Source: Syntrophomonadaceae bacterium (lineage in GTDB: Bacteria > Bacillota > Dethiobacteria > DTU022). From it: 64,000 bases of DNA. Both the position numbers and the translations under genes were made by a program. Shown piece by piece: positions 38,080 through 47,650 of this stretch; the first letter of the stretch is position 1; every line of letters begins with the position of its first letter. The stretch covers positions 44,201 to 108,200 of the forward strand of contig PWYU01000122.1 of NCBI GenBank assembly GCA_003567725.1, written 5' to 3'. Below the pieces are notes generated by a model that saw only the letters and a list, made by a program, of their open reading frames with translations, was not told the origin of the DNA and ran no database searches.

Positions 38080-39076
38080 TACTGACCCCTCCTTGATCCT
38101 TATATTTTATACAGCGCACTTTTCTTCCGTCTTCCAAGGTCCTTAGGTCCTGGGGTTCTTTGCATTCTTCTACTGCGTATTCGCAGCGGGGCATAAAGTT
38201 ACAGCCCGGGGGTAGGTCGAGCAGGCTCGGCACGTTACCCGGGATAGGTTTTAAACGTGGCTTGTCGGGAACTATGTGCGGGATGGAACGCAGTAATCCC
38301 TGGGTATACGGGTGGAGTGGTTGTTCTATGATATCATCCGTCAACCCCTGCTCAACGATTTGTCCGGCATACATAACGGCAATGCGCTGGCAATACTCTG
38401 CAGCTACCCCCAGGTCGTGAGTTACAATGATAATGGCCATGCCGTGTGAGCGGTTGATTCTTTCCATAACACTCAAAATCTGGGCTTGAATGGTCACATC
38501 AAGAGCAGTTGTTGGCTCATCGGCCAGCAGGATTTTTGGTTCACAGGAAAGAGCAATGGCGATTACAGCGCGCTGCTGCATGCCACCGCTGAATTGATGG
38601 GGGTATTCATAGTAGCGGTCCATAGGGGAAGGGATGCCGACTTCCTCCATCAATTCAATGACTCTTTCTTTTTCCGCCTGGTACCTCTTTTTCCCGGCCC
38701 GGCGGGCATCCCGAAAATATCCGTGAATGGCCAGTGATTCACGGACCTGTTCTCCAACTTTGAAAACCGGGTTAAGTGAAGTCATGGGATCTTGGAAAAT
38801 CATGGCCATGTCTTTACCGCGCATGGCAGTCATTTCCCGGTTGCTTTTTTTAAGGAGATTTTTTCCTTCCAACAAAATCTCGCCTCCCACGACCTTTCCC
38901 GGAGTGGGAACTAAACGAAGCAAAGAAAGCAGGGTCATGCTTTTTCCGCAACCCGACTCTCCGACCAGGCCCATAATCTCTCCTTCGTTCAGATGAAAGC
39001 TTATACCATCTACCGCTTTCACTGTTCCTTTTGTTAATTGGAAATGTGTTTGTAAATTATTAACTTCAAGTAGCAA
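38072..39076 (-). CDS. oppD: Oligopeptide/dipeptide ABC transporter ATP-binding protein (OppD/DppD type)
   Basis: 334 aa with GESGCGKS, the FSGGMQQR signature and a Walker B motif. TTG start with SD AAGGAGG. Confidence 0.9.
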   Translation of the reverse strand: MLLEVNNLQTHFQLTKGTVKAVDGISFHLNEGEIMGLVGESGCGKSMTLLSLLRLVPTPGKVVGGEILLEGKNLLKKSNREMTAMRGKDMAMIFQDPMTSLNPVFKVGEQVRESLAIHGYFRDARRAGKKRYQAEKERVIELMEEVGIPSPMDRYYEYPHQFSGGMQQRAVIAIALSCEPKILLADEPTTALDVTIQAQILSVMERINRSHGMAIIIVTHDLGVAAEYCQRIAVMYAGQIVEQGLTDDIIEQPLHPYTQGLLRSIPHIVPDKPRLKPIPGNVPSLLDLPPGCNFMPRCEYAVEECKEPQDLRTLEDGRKVRCIKYKDQGGVSNE

Positions 39077-39089
39077 AATTGGGCCTCCT

Positions 39090-40028
39090 TTACTCTATGC
39101 GGCGCAGGCGGGGATCGAGAATATCCCGCAACCCTTCACCCAGCATGTTAATTGATAGCACCATAACCAGAATTGCTATGCCGGAAAAAGTGGAGATCCA
39201 CCATGCGCTGAGCATATAGTCCCTGCCGATATTAACCATCGAACCCCATGCTGGTTCCGGGTACTGGATACCCAGGCCCAGGAAGCTAAGTGAAGCTTCC
39301 ATGATAATCATAAAGCCCATGCGCAGGGTTCCTAAAACAATGATCGAGTTTAAAATATTGGGCATGATCTCCCGGGCCATAATTTTAAAGTTGTTTTGTC
39401 CCAGGGCCCGGGCTGCATCGACATACTCCTTGGTTTTTTCCGAAAGCACTTCGCCCCTTACCAGGCGGAAAAAGCCCACCCATCCTTTAAAAGTCAGAGC
39501 AAATACGAGGTTGTAAAATCCCGGCCCGATGACAGCCATGGTAAAAATGGCAAATATCAACCAGGGAAATGAAAGGAGCAAATCGGCAAAACGAGCCAGG
39601 ATGTTGTCCAGCACACCGCGGTAGTAACCGGCCAGCAATCCCAGTATGGTTCCAATGACTATGGAGATGCTTACGGTCAATACACCGATCATCAAAGAAA
39701 TCCTGGTGCCTACAATTATCCTGGAAAAAAGATCCATTCCCAGCTGATCTGTGCCCAGTATGTATTCTGTGCTTCCGCCTTCCATCCAGAAGGGGGGTAG
39801 CAATCTTTCAGTTAAGCTGATTTGCATCGGGTCTTTGGGGACAATGGACGGTCCGGCTATGGTTAGAAAAACGAAAAATAAGATAATAACCAAACCAATC
39901 ATTGCCGTAGGGTTGCGGCTTAATTTGCTCAAAAACTCTCTAAAGTTTCTACCGGTCAGGCGTAAACGGGTTAAGTAGTAATCGCGCAAACTCATTTTTT
40001 CAGGACTGATTGATTTTACCTGACTCAT
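39090..40028 (-). CDS. oppC: ABC transporter permease (OppC/DppC type)
   Basis: Start MSQVKS… at 40028 with SD AAGGGG. The track ORF runs to 40130 and overlaps oppB. EAA-like permease motif present. Confidence 0.83.
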   Translation of the reverse strand: MSQVKSISPEKMSLRDYYLTRLRLTGRNFREFLSKLSRNPTAMIGLVIILFFVFLTIAGPSIVPKDPMQISLTERLLPPFWMEGGSTEYILGTDQLGMDLFSRIIVGTRISLMIGVLTVSISIVIGTILGLLAGYYRGVLDNILARFADLLLSFPWLIFAIFTMAVIGPGFYNLVFALTFKGWVGFFRLVRGEVLSEKTKEYVDAARALGQNNFKIMAREIMPNILNSIIVLGTLRMGFMIIMEASLSFLGLGIQYPEPAWGSMVNIGRDYMLSAWWISTFSGIAILVMVLSINMLGEGLRDILDPRLRRIE

Positions 40029-40083
40029 CTGTACACCCCTTACAGCATTTCTATACCAGCGACCGAGCTGCCGGCCGGCTAAT

Positions 40084-41094
40084 TTACATAGAAATCTTCG
40101 GATTAATATAGGTATATAGAATATCAACAACTAAATTGGCAAATACAAAGGTAAAGGCATAAATCATAACTACACCCTGGACCAGGGGGTAATCGCGCAC
40201 AAAAATTGAGCTCACCACCAGGCGACCCAGCCCCGGCCAGCTAAAAACTGTTTCCACGATCATATTGCCGCCTAAAAGCATCCCCACCTCGAGTCCGATC
40301 ACAGTTACTGTGGGAATCATAGCGTTGCGCATGGCATGTTTGACAATAACGCTGAATTCATTGAGCCCTTTGGCCCGGGCCATAACCACGTAGTCATTGC
40401 GTAGTATTTCCAGCATGCTTGAGCGCATCACCCGGGCAACAATAGCAGCCATGGGAAAACCCAGGGTGATTGAAGGCAAAATCAGGTGTCTGATTGAGCT
40501 TTTTAGGGCCTCCCAGTTGCCGGTTAGAAGGGAATCGAGTATATAAAACCCGGTTATTCTTTGTAGATTGACATCGCTGCCGATTCGGCCATAAGTAGGC
40601 AAGAGATCCAGGTTGATGGAAAATATGATAATCAAAATAATACCCAGCCAAAATATGGGCATACAGATACCGAAAAACGCTCCGGCCATGCTGATTCTAT
40701 CAATTAAACTGTCCTGTTTAACTGCTGAAATAACTCCAATTGGGATGGAGATTGCCAGGGCAAAAAAAGCGGAAACCATGGCCAGTTCAATAGTGGCCGG
40801 CAACGCCTGCATAATCAAGGCCCAAACCGGCCTGCCCTTGGTAAAGGACATCCCCAGGTCGCCGCGAAGAAGATCTCCTAAAAAATGACCCAGCTGGACA
40901 ATTAAGGGCTCATCCAGATGCCATTGTTCTCGTAACAGCTCAACTTCTCTTTCCGATACATGCCCGGCCTGGCCCATCATTATATCTACAGGGTCGCCCG
41001 GGGTAAGGCGCATAATTAGGAATATAACGACGCCGATACCGAGTATGATCGGTATAGCTATAAGGATTCGTTCAATTATTCTGGCTGCCTGCAT
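40084..41094 (-). CDS. oppB: ABC transporter permease (OppB/DppB type)
   Basis: 336 aa with N-terminal …LTPGDP and the conserved …RSSMLEILRNDYVVMARAKGL… block. Confidence 0.88.
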   Translation of the reverse strand: MQAARIIERILIAIPIILGIGVVIFLIMRLTPGDPVDIMMGQAGHVSEREVELLREQWHLDEPLIVQLGHFLGDLLRGDLGMSFTKGRPVWALIMQALPATIELAMVSAFFALAISIPIGVISAVKQDSLIDRISMAGAFFGICMPIFWLGIILIIIFSINLDLLPTYGRIGSDVNLQRITGFYILDSLLTGNWEALKSSIRHLILPSITLGFPMAAIVARVMRSSMLEILRNDYVVMARAKGLNEFSVIVKHAMRNAMIPTVTVIGLEVGMLLGGNMIVETVFSWPGLGRLVVSSIFVRDYPLVQGVVMIYAFTFVFANLVVDILYTYINPKISM

Positions 41095-41175
41095 TAATTC
41101 ACCACCCTAAGATGCACTTGGTAATGGCTTGCTGCAAGCAATAAAGCTTGCAGCAAGCTTCAAGTTCAACGATTC

Positions 41176-42786
41176 TTATTCCAGTCCTACGCGGTGCAGG
41201 TTGATCCTGCTGTCCGTGCTTGGTTCCCAGTTAACCACATCGTCTCTGCAGGCTTCAATTTCCAGGCCCACATAACCGAAAACCCAGGGGGCATCTTCAT
41301 AAATTATTTCCTGTGCTTTTATATAGAGTTCTTCTCTTTCGTCCCGATCTACTGCAATTTCAGCTGCATCCAGTAATTCATCAAGCTCAGGGTTGGCATA
41401 TTGTGAGTAATTGCCCCTGTCGTTGCTTCTAAGTTTCGGCACCAGCAGGTCGCTGGGGTCAAGGGTGGAGTTGCCCCAGTTGCCGAAATTCATCATCCGT
41501 TCTCCTTCGATCAACTGGTCGCGCAGTACGCCCCAGTCCCAGATCCGAACAGAAGCTTCAATGCCTATATCACTTAGCATGCTGGCGGCGGCATAGGCAA
41601 CATCTTTCAGGACATCTTCTGTATCGATAACCAATTCAAATCCGTCTTCGTAGCCGGCATCAGCTAAAAGCTCAACTGCTTTGTCCGGATCGTAGCCGTA
41701 AGGTTCAAGGTCCGGGTGGAGTGCAAAACCATGCGGCAGAAGCGGGCCGGCGACAGTGGTTCCGTATCCAAGCAATACGGTGTCCACGATAGTGTCGATA
41801 TCAATGGCATAATTAATGGCCTGCCTAACCCTGGCATCATCAAAGGGAGCCCGGTCGACGTTCATTTCAAACATGTGCATCCTGGTGCCATCAACAGTTT
41901 TTACCTCTACACCAGGGTCTGCTTCCAGGGTTTCGACCATATCCGGGGGGACGTTATGGACAATGTGAACATCGCCGGCCTGGATAGCGGCAATACGGGT
42001 TGAAACTTCGGGCATGAACTCAAAGATAATCCTGGCTGCCGGTGCTGGTCCCACAGGCGGGATCTCTGGAGAACCGCCGTAATAATCATCAAACCGTTCA
42101 AGAACAATACGATCGTCTATCGAACCTTCGACAAACTTAAACGGTCCTGCTCCCATCGGTTGAGTGGCTATATCAGAACCTACTTCTTCCAGGTGAGCCT
42201 GGGAAACAACCTGCTGATGGGGTAGCATTGCTGTGAGAATGGGCCACGGTTCTTCCAGGATGAAACGAACCGTGTTGTCATCAATAATCTCTACATCGGT
42301 AAGCGGGCCAAGCAAGCCTTTCCGGGGTGAAGTTTCCCCTTCCATGGCTTCTTCTTGAATAACACGGTCAAAAGTGAATTTAACATCTTCTACCGTTAAA
42401 TCTGAGCCGTCATGAAATTTAACATCGTCGCGGATTGTGAACTCCCAGATGGTTGGTTCTGGGTTGTCCCAGGACTCGGCGATTTCCGGAACCACAGTCC
42501 CATCGGGGGTGCGGGTAACCAATCCGTCGTACAGGTTGCGGATGACAGTTTCAGTAACCCGGTCACGGTGATTGGCCGGATCCAGGGTTAAAATAGTTTG
42601 TGAAAGGCCAACCACTATTGTATACTCGTCATCAACTGCTTCTTCTTCCTCTGCTTCCTCTTCGTCATCAACTTCCGGATCTTCGGGTTCTTCTACTTCT
42701 TCTGCCGGCTGACAGCCCAGTGCCAGTGAAAAGCTAAAAACAAGCACTAACGAAAAAACTAACAAAAGCCAGATAGACCTTTTCAA
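41176..42786 (-). CDS. ABC transporter substrate-binding lipoprotein, family 5 (peptide/nickel/opine type) with polyacidic linker
   Basis: Start MKRSIWLLL… (TTG; SD AAGGAGGGG at 7 nt) with lipobox LALGC. A linker EEVEEPEDPEVDDEEEAEEEEAVDDE precedes the SBP_bac_5 fold. Confidence 0.86.
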   Translation of the reverse strand: MKRSIWLLLVFSLVLVFSFSLALGCQPAEEVEEPEDPEVDDEEEAEEEEAVDDEYTIVVGLSQTILTLDPANHRDRVTETVIRNLYDGLVTRTPDGTVVPEIAESWDNPEPTIWEFTIRDDVKFHDGSDLTVEDVKFTFDRVIQEEAMEGETSPRKGLLGPLTDVEIIDDNTVRFILEEPWPILTAMLPHQQVVSQAHLEEVGSDIATQPMGAGPFKFVEGSIDDRIVLERFDDYYGGSPEIPPVGPAPAARIIFEFMPEVSTRIAAIQAGDVHIVHNVPPDMVETLEADPGVEVKTVDGTRMHMFEMNVDRAPFDDARVRQAINYAIDIDTIVDTVLLGYGTTVAGPLLPHGFALHPDLEPYGYDPDKAVELLADAGYEDGFELVIDTEDVLKDVAYAAASMLSDIGIEASVRIWDWGVLRDQLIEGERMMNFGNWGNSTLDPSDLLVPKLRSNDRGNYSQYANPELDELLDAAEIAVDRDEREELYIKAQEIIYEDAPWVFGYVGLEIEACRDDVVNWEPSTDSRINLHRVGLE

Positions 42787-43132
42787 CAGAATTCCCCTCC
42801 TTAAAATTAAATCCCCCAAATTCCTCCTACCCTGCCAGAGATAAACGTTTAATCACCTCCCCCTGGAAGTTCAGCAGTTTTTAAGCATCATAAAAGCGGC
42901 CATGACAATCAACAAGCTTTGATGATTAGATTGTTGGATCAACCCGGTAAGTGATAGTAACATGTAATTACCAGATGATGCCTTAAAAAAGCTGATTAGA
43001 AATAAAACCTAATTAGCTGCATTAATTAGAATTTTAAAATGTTCTCATACCTGTATCATACCATTGTTAATAAATTATTCTTCCTTAATTGAAATATTCC
43101 TCCTTGTCTAATAAAATTTTATAAAAAAAATT

Positions 43133-43885
43133 TTAACTAACTACTTCGCGGCTGATATTAAACTTGTAACGATCTCCACGATAGTAGGCATGGCGCAATT
43201 CAATGGGGTTTTCTTCGCGGGTATTAATTATAGAAGTAACTTTGAAAAGGGCGCTACCAGTTGCCAGCTGCATAATTTTAGACTGATCATGGTTAGCGAC
43301 TGCAGCTTCAAATGTTTGCCTGGCTACTCCCAGTTCAATTTTTTTATGCTCTCTAAAATAGCGGGTAAAAGAAAACCATCCTTGTTTTGCTTCGAAATCA
43401 TAGATCAGGGAAAGGGCTTCTTTACCTATTTCTACAGGCATGTAATAATAAAACAAAACTAATGGAGTATTGTTGGCAATGCCCAGGAGCTTAAAGCTGG
43501 CAATGTCGGCCCCCAGGGGAAGATTAAGCAAAGCGGTAATGTGAACATCAGCGGTGGTGAGTTGTGCTTCCAGGACTTTCATCGAAGGGGTCAAGCCACG
43601 TCCCAGGACAGTTTCTTCAAATCCGGTCAGGCTAATCAAACCTTGATTAATTTTTTGCTCTGCTACAAAAGTGCCTTTACCTTGAATGCGGTAGAGCAAG
43701 CCTTCACTTACTGCCAGGCTAATCCCCTGCCTTACAGTGGTGCGGCTTAAATTATACTTTTCGCAAAGTTCACGCTCAGAAGGTATTTTATCATGGGGAG
43801 ATAGTTTCTGCTCTTTGATTTCCTGAGTAAGCAGTTCTTTTAATTGAACATACAGGCTTACTGGAGAATGGTTGGTTATTTCCAC
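43133..43885 (-). CDS. GntR family transcriptional regulator (HutC/UTRA subfamily)
   Basis: 250 aa with an N-terminal wHTH (…SERELCEKYNLSRTTVRQGI…) and a UTRA effector domain. GTG start with SD AAGGAG. Confidence 0.85.
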   Translation of the reverse strand: MEITNHSPVSLYVQLKELLTQEIKEQKLSPHDKIPSERELCEKYNLSRTTVRQGISLAVSEGLLYRIQGKGTFVAEQKINQGLISLTGFEETVLGRGLTPSMKVLEAQLTTADVHITALLNLPLGADIASFKLLGIANNTPLVLFYYYMPVEIGKEALSLIYDFEAKQGWFSFTRYFREHKKIELGVARQTFEAAVANHDQSKIMQLATGSALFKVTSIINTREENPIELRHAYYRGDRYKFNISREVVS

Positions 43886-44205
43886 AGGCGTTCTCCTTTA
43901 TGAATTGGCCTACAATAGCGTAAACTAAACAGGGAAGAACTATGAACAATAAAAAAAACCATAACAATTATGTGATATTTCATTCCGCTTATCCTGATTC
44001 GATTAATTCGACAAATATATTAATACTCCTTTCGGTCGAGGCTGGGTTTTTTCTAAAAGTTGCGGTTAGGAGTTATTTTTGCTAATCTTTTATAACATCA
44101 TATATATTTGGAAATAACAGCTGAACGCGGGTAAAAAATATTATAATCAGGAGCAGAAAATGACTTTTTTTACAAACGGCAAAGATTACTGCAGGGGCAA
44201 TTCGG

Positions 44206-45303
44206 TTGATTGAGATTGCCCCCGTACTGACGGCATGTTTAATGCTCGCCCTCGGGGTGGGCGGGGCGCTGGTCTTTAGTGTGCTAAAGATGCCGGCTCC
44301 GTATATTATCGGACCGATGGTGGCACTCAGTTTAGGCAACATTCTTGAACTGCCTCTTCCCATGCTGCCCGGCTGGTTTGAAAGTATCGCCCAGATTATT
44401 CTAGGTTTTTATTTAGGCATCGGGATAACCAGAAAGAACCTGAAGCAATTAAAATCCGCTTCTTTTCCTGCTGCGGTAATTGCTGTTTGGTCATTGTTTA
44501 TCACATTTGCCCTCGGCTTCTTCCTCTACCGCACCACTCAGTTCAGCCTGGCCACCGCGGTTTTAAGCTCCAGTCCCGGCGGGGCTCCTGAAGTCAGCAT
44601 TGTAGCTGTGGCGATTAATGCGGATGTGGCCACGGTGACCATAATGCAGATGGCCAGGTTGCTGGCCATACTTATGCTGGCCCCCTTGTTAAGCTACGTC
44701 ATGCGCTCCCATAGGAAATCTGTATCGCCTGCTTGCTTTTATGATCACTTTAATCCGGAGGCTGCGGAAGAAACTTCCTCCACTCCCTTTTCCGGCAACC
44801 GGGTTCGAACTTTTTTCAGGCGGCTTTTAAACCCCGGCCTGGCTATCGCTGCAGCCGGCGGCCTTGCCTTTCACCATATCGGTATACCGGCAGGTTATTT
44901 GATCGGAGCCATGGTAGCGGTCGGGGCGGTTTCTCTTTATGGTTTAAAAATAAACCTGCCGCCGGAACAGCTCAGGTCAGGATCCTATATCGGTATCGGC
45001 CTTTTGATCGGACAATTTTTTACCCGGGAAGCCTTTATTGGGATTATAGAGATCTATCCGGTTGTATTGTTATTAACTGCGCTGATGCTTTTATCATGCG
45101 CCGCGCTTGGTCTGGTTATTTCAAAAATTACGGGCTGGCAGTTGAGCGTTTGCCTGCTGGCCACAGCGCCCGGCGGTTTGATCACCATGATTGCTTTGGC
45201 TGCTGAGATGGATGCAGATCCTTTTGTTGTCAGCCTGATGCATCTGTCCCGCCTGATCACGGTCAAACTAACCCTACCCCTGGTAATTCTAATCATTTCA
45301 TAA
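44206..45303 (+). CDS. AbrB-family (AmoA-like duplicated) integral membrane protein
   Basis: 365 aa, highly hydrophobic, with internal duplication typical of the AbrB duplication family. Confidence 0.65.
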   Translation: MIEIAPVLTACLMLALGVGGALVFSVLKMPAPYIIGPMVALSLGNILELPLPMLPGWFESIAQIILGFYLGIGITRKNLKQLKSASFPAAVIAVWSLFITFALGFFLYRTTQFSLATAVLSSSPGGAPEVSIVAVAINADVATVTIMQMARLLAILMLAPLLSYVMRSHRKSVSPACFYDHFNPEAAEETSSTPFSGNRVRTFFRRLLNPGLAIAAAGGLAFHHIGIPAGYLIGAMVAVGAVSLYGLKINLPPEQLRSGSYIGIGLLIGQFFTREAFIGIIEIYPVVLLLTALMLLSCAALGLVISKITGWQLSVCLLATAPGGLITMIALAAEMDADPFVVSLMHLSRLITVKLTLPLVILIIS

Positions 45304-45568
45304 TAAAATTAACCCTGGGCTTAAGCAGTGATCTATGGGGTTACAATTGTTTTCCTTATATGTGTAACAATGATCTTGTGAATGATTAATTAAATTAATG
45401 AAACTCGATATGGAATTGATGTTTTTTTGTTAAAATTTTTAGAATAACAGTTGCCAGATATTATCACCGGTGAATGCTTCATCAAAACATCATTTTATGA
45501 TCGACTTACCTGATTATCTCTGTATTGAGTTTAAAGGGCATAGTAAAAATTTTTTTGCTCTACTTTTT

Positions 45569-45643
45569 AACTGCTCAGCCTATTGCCCCTGTTGAATAAT
45601 AAGCGGCGCCATGGAGACGGTGGAACCGTCCCCTGTGGCTTTT
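45569..45643 (+). repeat. Mosaic intergenic repeat, copy 6 (modules A-B-C)
   Basis: aactgctcagcctattgcccctgttgaataataagcggcgccatggagacggtggaaccgtcccctgtggctttt. Confidence 0.78.
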
Positions 45644-45787
45644 AACTTCCTCAAAGAATAGCCGTGAAACTGATTGCGGTTCTTAACCTGCCGTTATTAT
45701 ACAGTGTGTATAGTTATGAGGCCATATTTTTGTATCCACCTGCTATGGTGTTAGCTATTTAAATCTGTTATAAATACAAGTACTATA

Positions 45788-45906
45788 GCGAAAAGTAAGC
45801 CGTGAAGCAGTGCCTGCGCACAAAATTAGATTTGATTATCACCCTGGAAAAGCGCAAGTTCGTCAGAGAAGACGATTGAACCTCCTCCCGGCATGGCGTT
45901 TTTTAA
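45788..45906 (+). repeat. ~118-nt structured element homologous to 5698-5810, ending in a U-run
   Basis: It shares 5' gaaaagtaagc and a 3' gagaagacgattgaacctcc…gcgttttttaataag block with the polA-mutM element. It lies in the 940-bp intergenic region upstream of kamA. Confidence 0.5.
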
Positions 45907-46243
45907 TAAGCTAAACTTCGCTTTAGGGCTAGAATGACAGATAAGCTATCCGGTTTAAGCTTTCCAGCTAGCTTTTAATTAATGCAGGCACCTGTAATTT
46001 TTCATGAAGAGGTTTGAGTTAACTGTAATAATTGTAATACCCGGGCCCGGGTAATTCTTGAGCCGGTAAATAAGTACCGCTCAAAAGTTTTCGAATCGCT
46101 CTATATCTGTTACAATAAAAATGACGGCAAAACAGGAATATTTAAAACCTTAATAACCTGCAATAAAGCTGATTGCTATTGCCCTTGATTAGCAGGCAGG
46201 GCAATATTAAGCATATAACTGCAACCGGAAAGGAGTTTTTAAA

Positions 46244-47485
46244 ATGCTAGGCTACAAAGAAATAGCGCTGTGGCAAGATGTTAGCCCGGAGGATTGGAAC
46301 GACTGGCGCTGGCAGGTCCGTAACCGGATCAGTTCGCTTGATCAGCTCAAGCAGGTAATAGATCTAAACTCAGAGGAAGAAAAGGGTGTAGAACAGTGTT
46401 TGCAGAGTTTCCGCATGGCCATTACCCCTTACTATGCCTCGCTGATGGATCCTGAAGATCGCAACTGCCCGATTCGCAAGCAGGCCGTACCCACGGGGTT
46501 GGAAGTGCGTTATTCTGATTCCGACATGGCCGATCCCCTGCATGAAGATGTTGATTCGCCCGTAGAGGGCCTGACCCACCGCTACCCGGACCGGGTGCTG
46601 CTGCTGGTGACCGATCAGTGCTCTATGTACTGCCGCCATTGTACCAGGCGCCGGATGGCAGGAGGGACCGATAAACCCCGGAGCAAAGAACAGATTGAAG
46701 CAGCCATCGATTATGTGCGCCGCACTCCTAAAGTCCGCGATGTTCTTATCTCCGGTGGTGATGGTCTTTTAATAGGCGATGATTTAATTGAGTATATCTT
46801 AAAAGAGCTGAAAGCAATCGAGCATGTTGAGCTAATCCGTTTCGGCACCCGCACTCCTGTAGTTATGCCTCAGCGGATTACTGATGAACTGTGCGAAATG
46901 CTTTCCCGTTACCACCCGATCTTTTTAAACACTCATTTCAACCACCCGAAAGAAATTAACGAAGAATCGGCTGCTGCCTGTGATCGACTGTCCAATGCCG
47001 GCATTCCGCTCGGCAACCAGTCCGTCCTCCTGGCCGGCGTAAATGATTGCCCCGATGTCCTTAAAAAATTGAGCCATGAACTTTTAAAAATCAGAGTGCG
47101 ACCTTACTATATTTACCAGTGCGATCTTTCTCAAGGCATAGAACATTTCCGGACCTCTGTCGGAGCAGGCATTGAAGCCATTGAAAACCTGCGCGGACAT
47201 ACCACTGGATTGGGCGTGCCCACTTTTGTTGTTGATGCTCCCGGTGGCGGCGGTAAAATACCGGTTATGCCCCAGTATTTAATCAGCCAGTCTTCCACCA
47301 AGGTAGTATTGCGTAACTTTGAAGGCGGTATTTACGCCTATTCTGAACCTAAGAGAGAGGTTGACCCCTCAAAAACCTGCTCACTGTGCGGTGGAAGCCA
47401 TAATCACTATGATGTAGGCGTTGCTTCCCTGCTTAACGGCCAGGGTGTGGCTATGGAACCAACCGTGAAAAAAGATAAAAATTGA
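46244..47485 (+). CDS. kamA: L-lysine 2,3-aminomutase (radical SAM, PLP-dependent)
   Basis: 413 aa with the CSMYCRHCTRRR radical-SAM cluster and a full-length KamA C-terminal extension (longer than EpmB). SD AAAGGAG. Confidence 0.9.
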   Translation: MLGYKEIALWQDVSPEDWNDWRWQVRNRISSLDQLKQVIDLNSEEEKGVEQCLQSFRMAITPYYASLMDPEDRNCPIRKQAVPTGLEVRYSDSDMADPLHEDVDSPVEGLTHRYPDRVLLLVTDQCSMYCRHCTRRRMAGGTDKPRSKEQIEAAIDYVRRTPKVRDVLISGGDGLLIGDDLIEYILKELKAIEHVELIRFGTRTPVVMPQRITDELCEMLSRYHPIFLNTHFNHPKEINEESAAACDRLSNAGIPLGNQSVLLAGVNDCPDVLKKLSHELLKIRVRPYYIYQCDLSQGIEHFRTSVGAGIEAIENLRGHTTGLGVPTFVVDAPGGGGKIPVMPQYLISQSSTKVVLRNFEGGIYAYSEPKREVDPSKTCSLCGGSHNHYDVGVASLLNGQGVAMEPTVKKDKN

Positions 47486-47650
47486 TCTGAAATTAATTGA
47501 TTGAAAAAAACTCAATAAAAATGCACCCGGAAAAATTCCCGGGCGCAAATCAGGTAACTCCGGTGCCTGTGTGAACAGCAGCAATGGATGCAGCCCGCAA
47601 AGCAGCTAACATTTTGAATTATTTCACGCAGGCACTGTTATTATAGGCTT

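Noticed and set aside
44082-44363. ORF 44082-44363 (-), 93 aa.
   Set aside because: It overlaps the start of the AbrB-family membrane protein on the opposite strand and the AT-rich promoter region. It has no RBS.
45304-46243. Looked for a lysine riboswitch (L-box) or T-box upstream of kamA.
   Set aside because: No L-box or T-box consensus features are recognisable by eye. The region instead contains two repeat-family elements and a tattgccc…gggcaata palindrome. Proper covariance-model scanning is needed.
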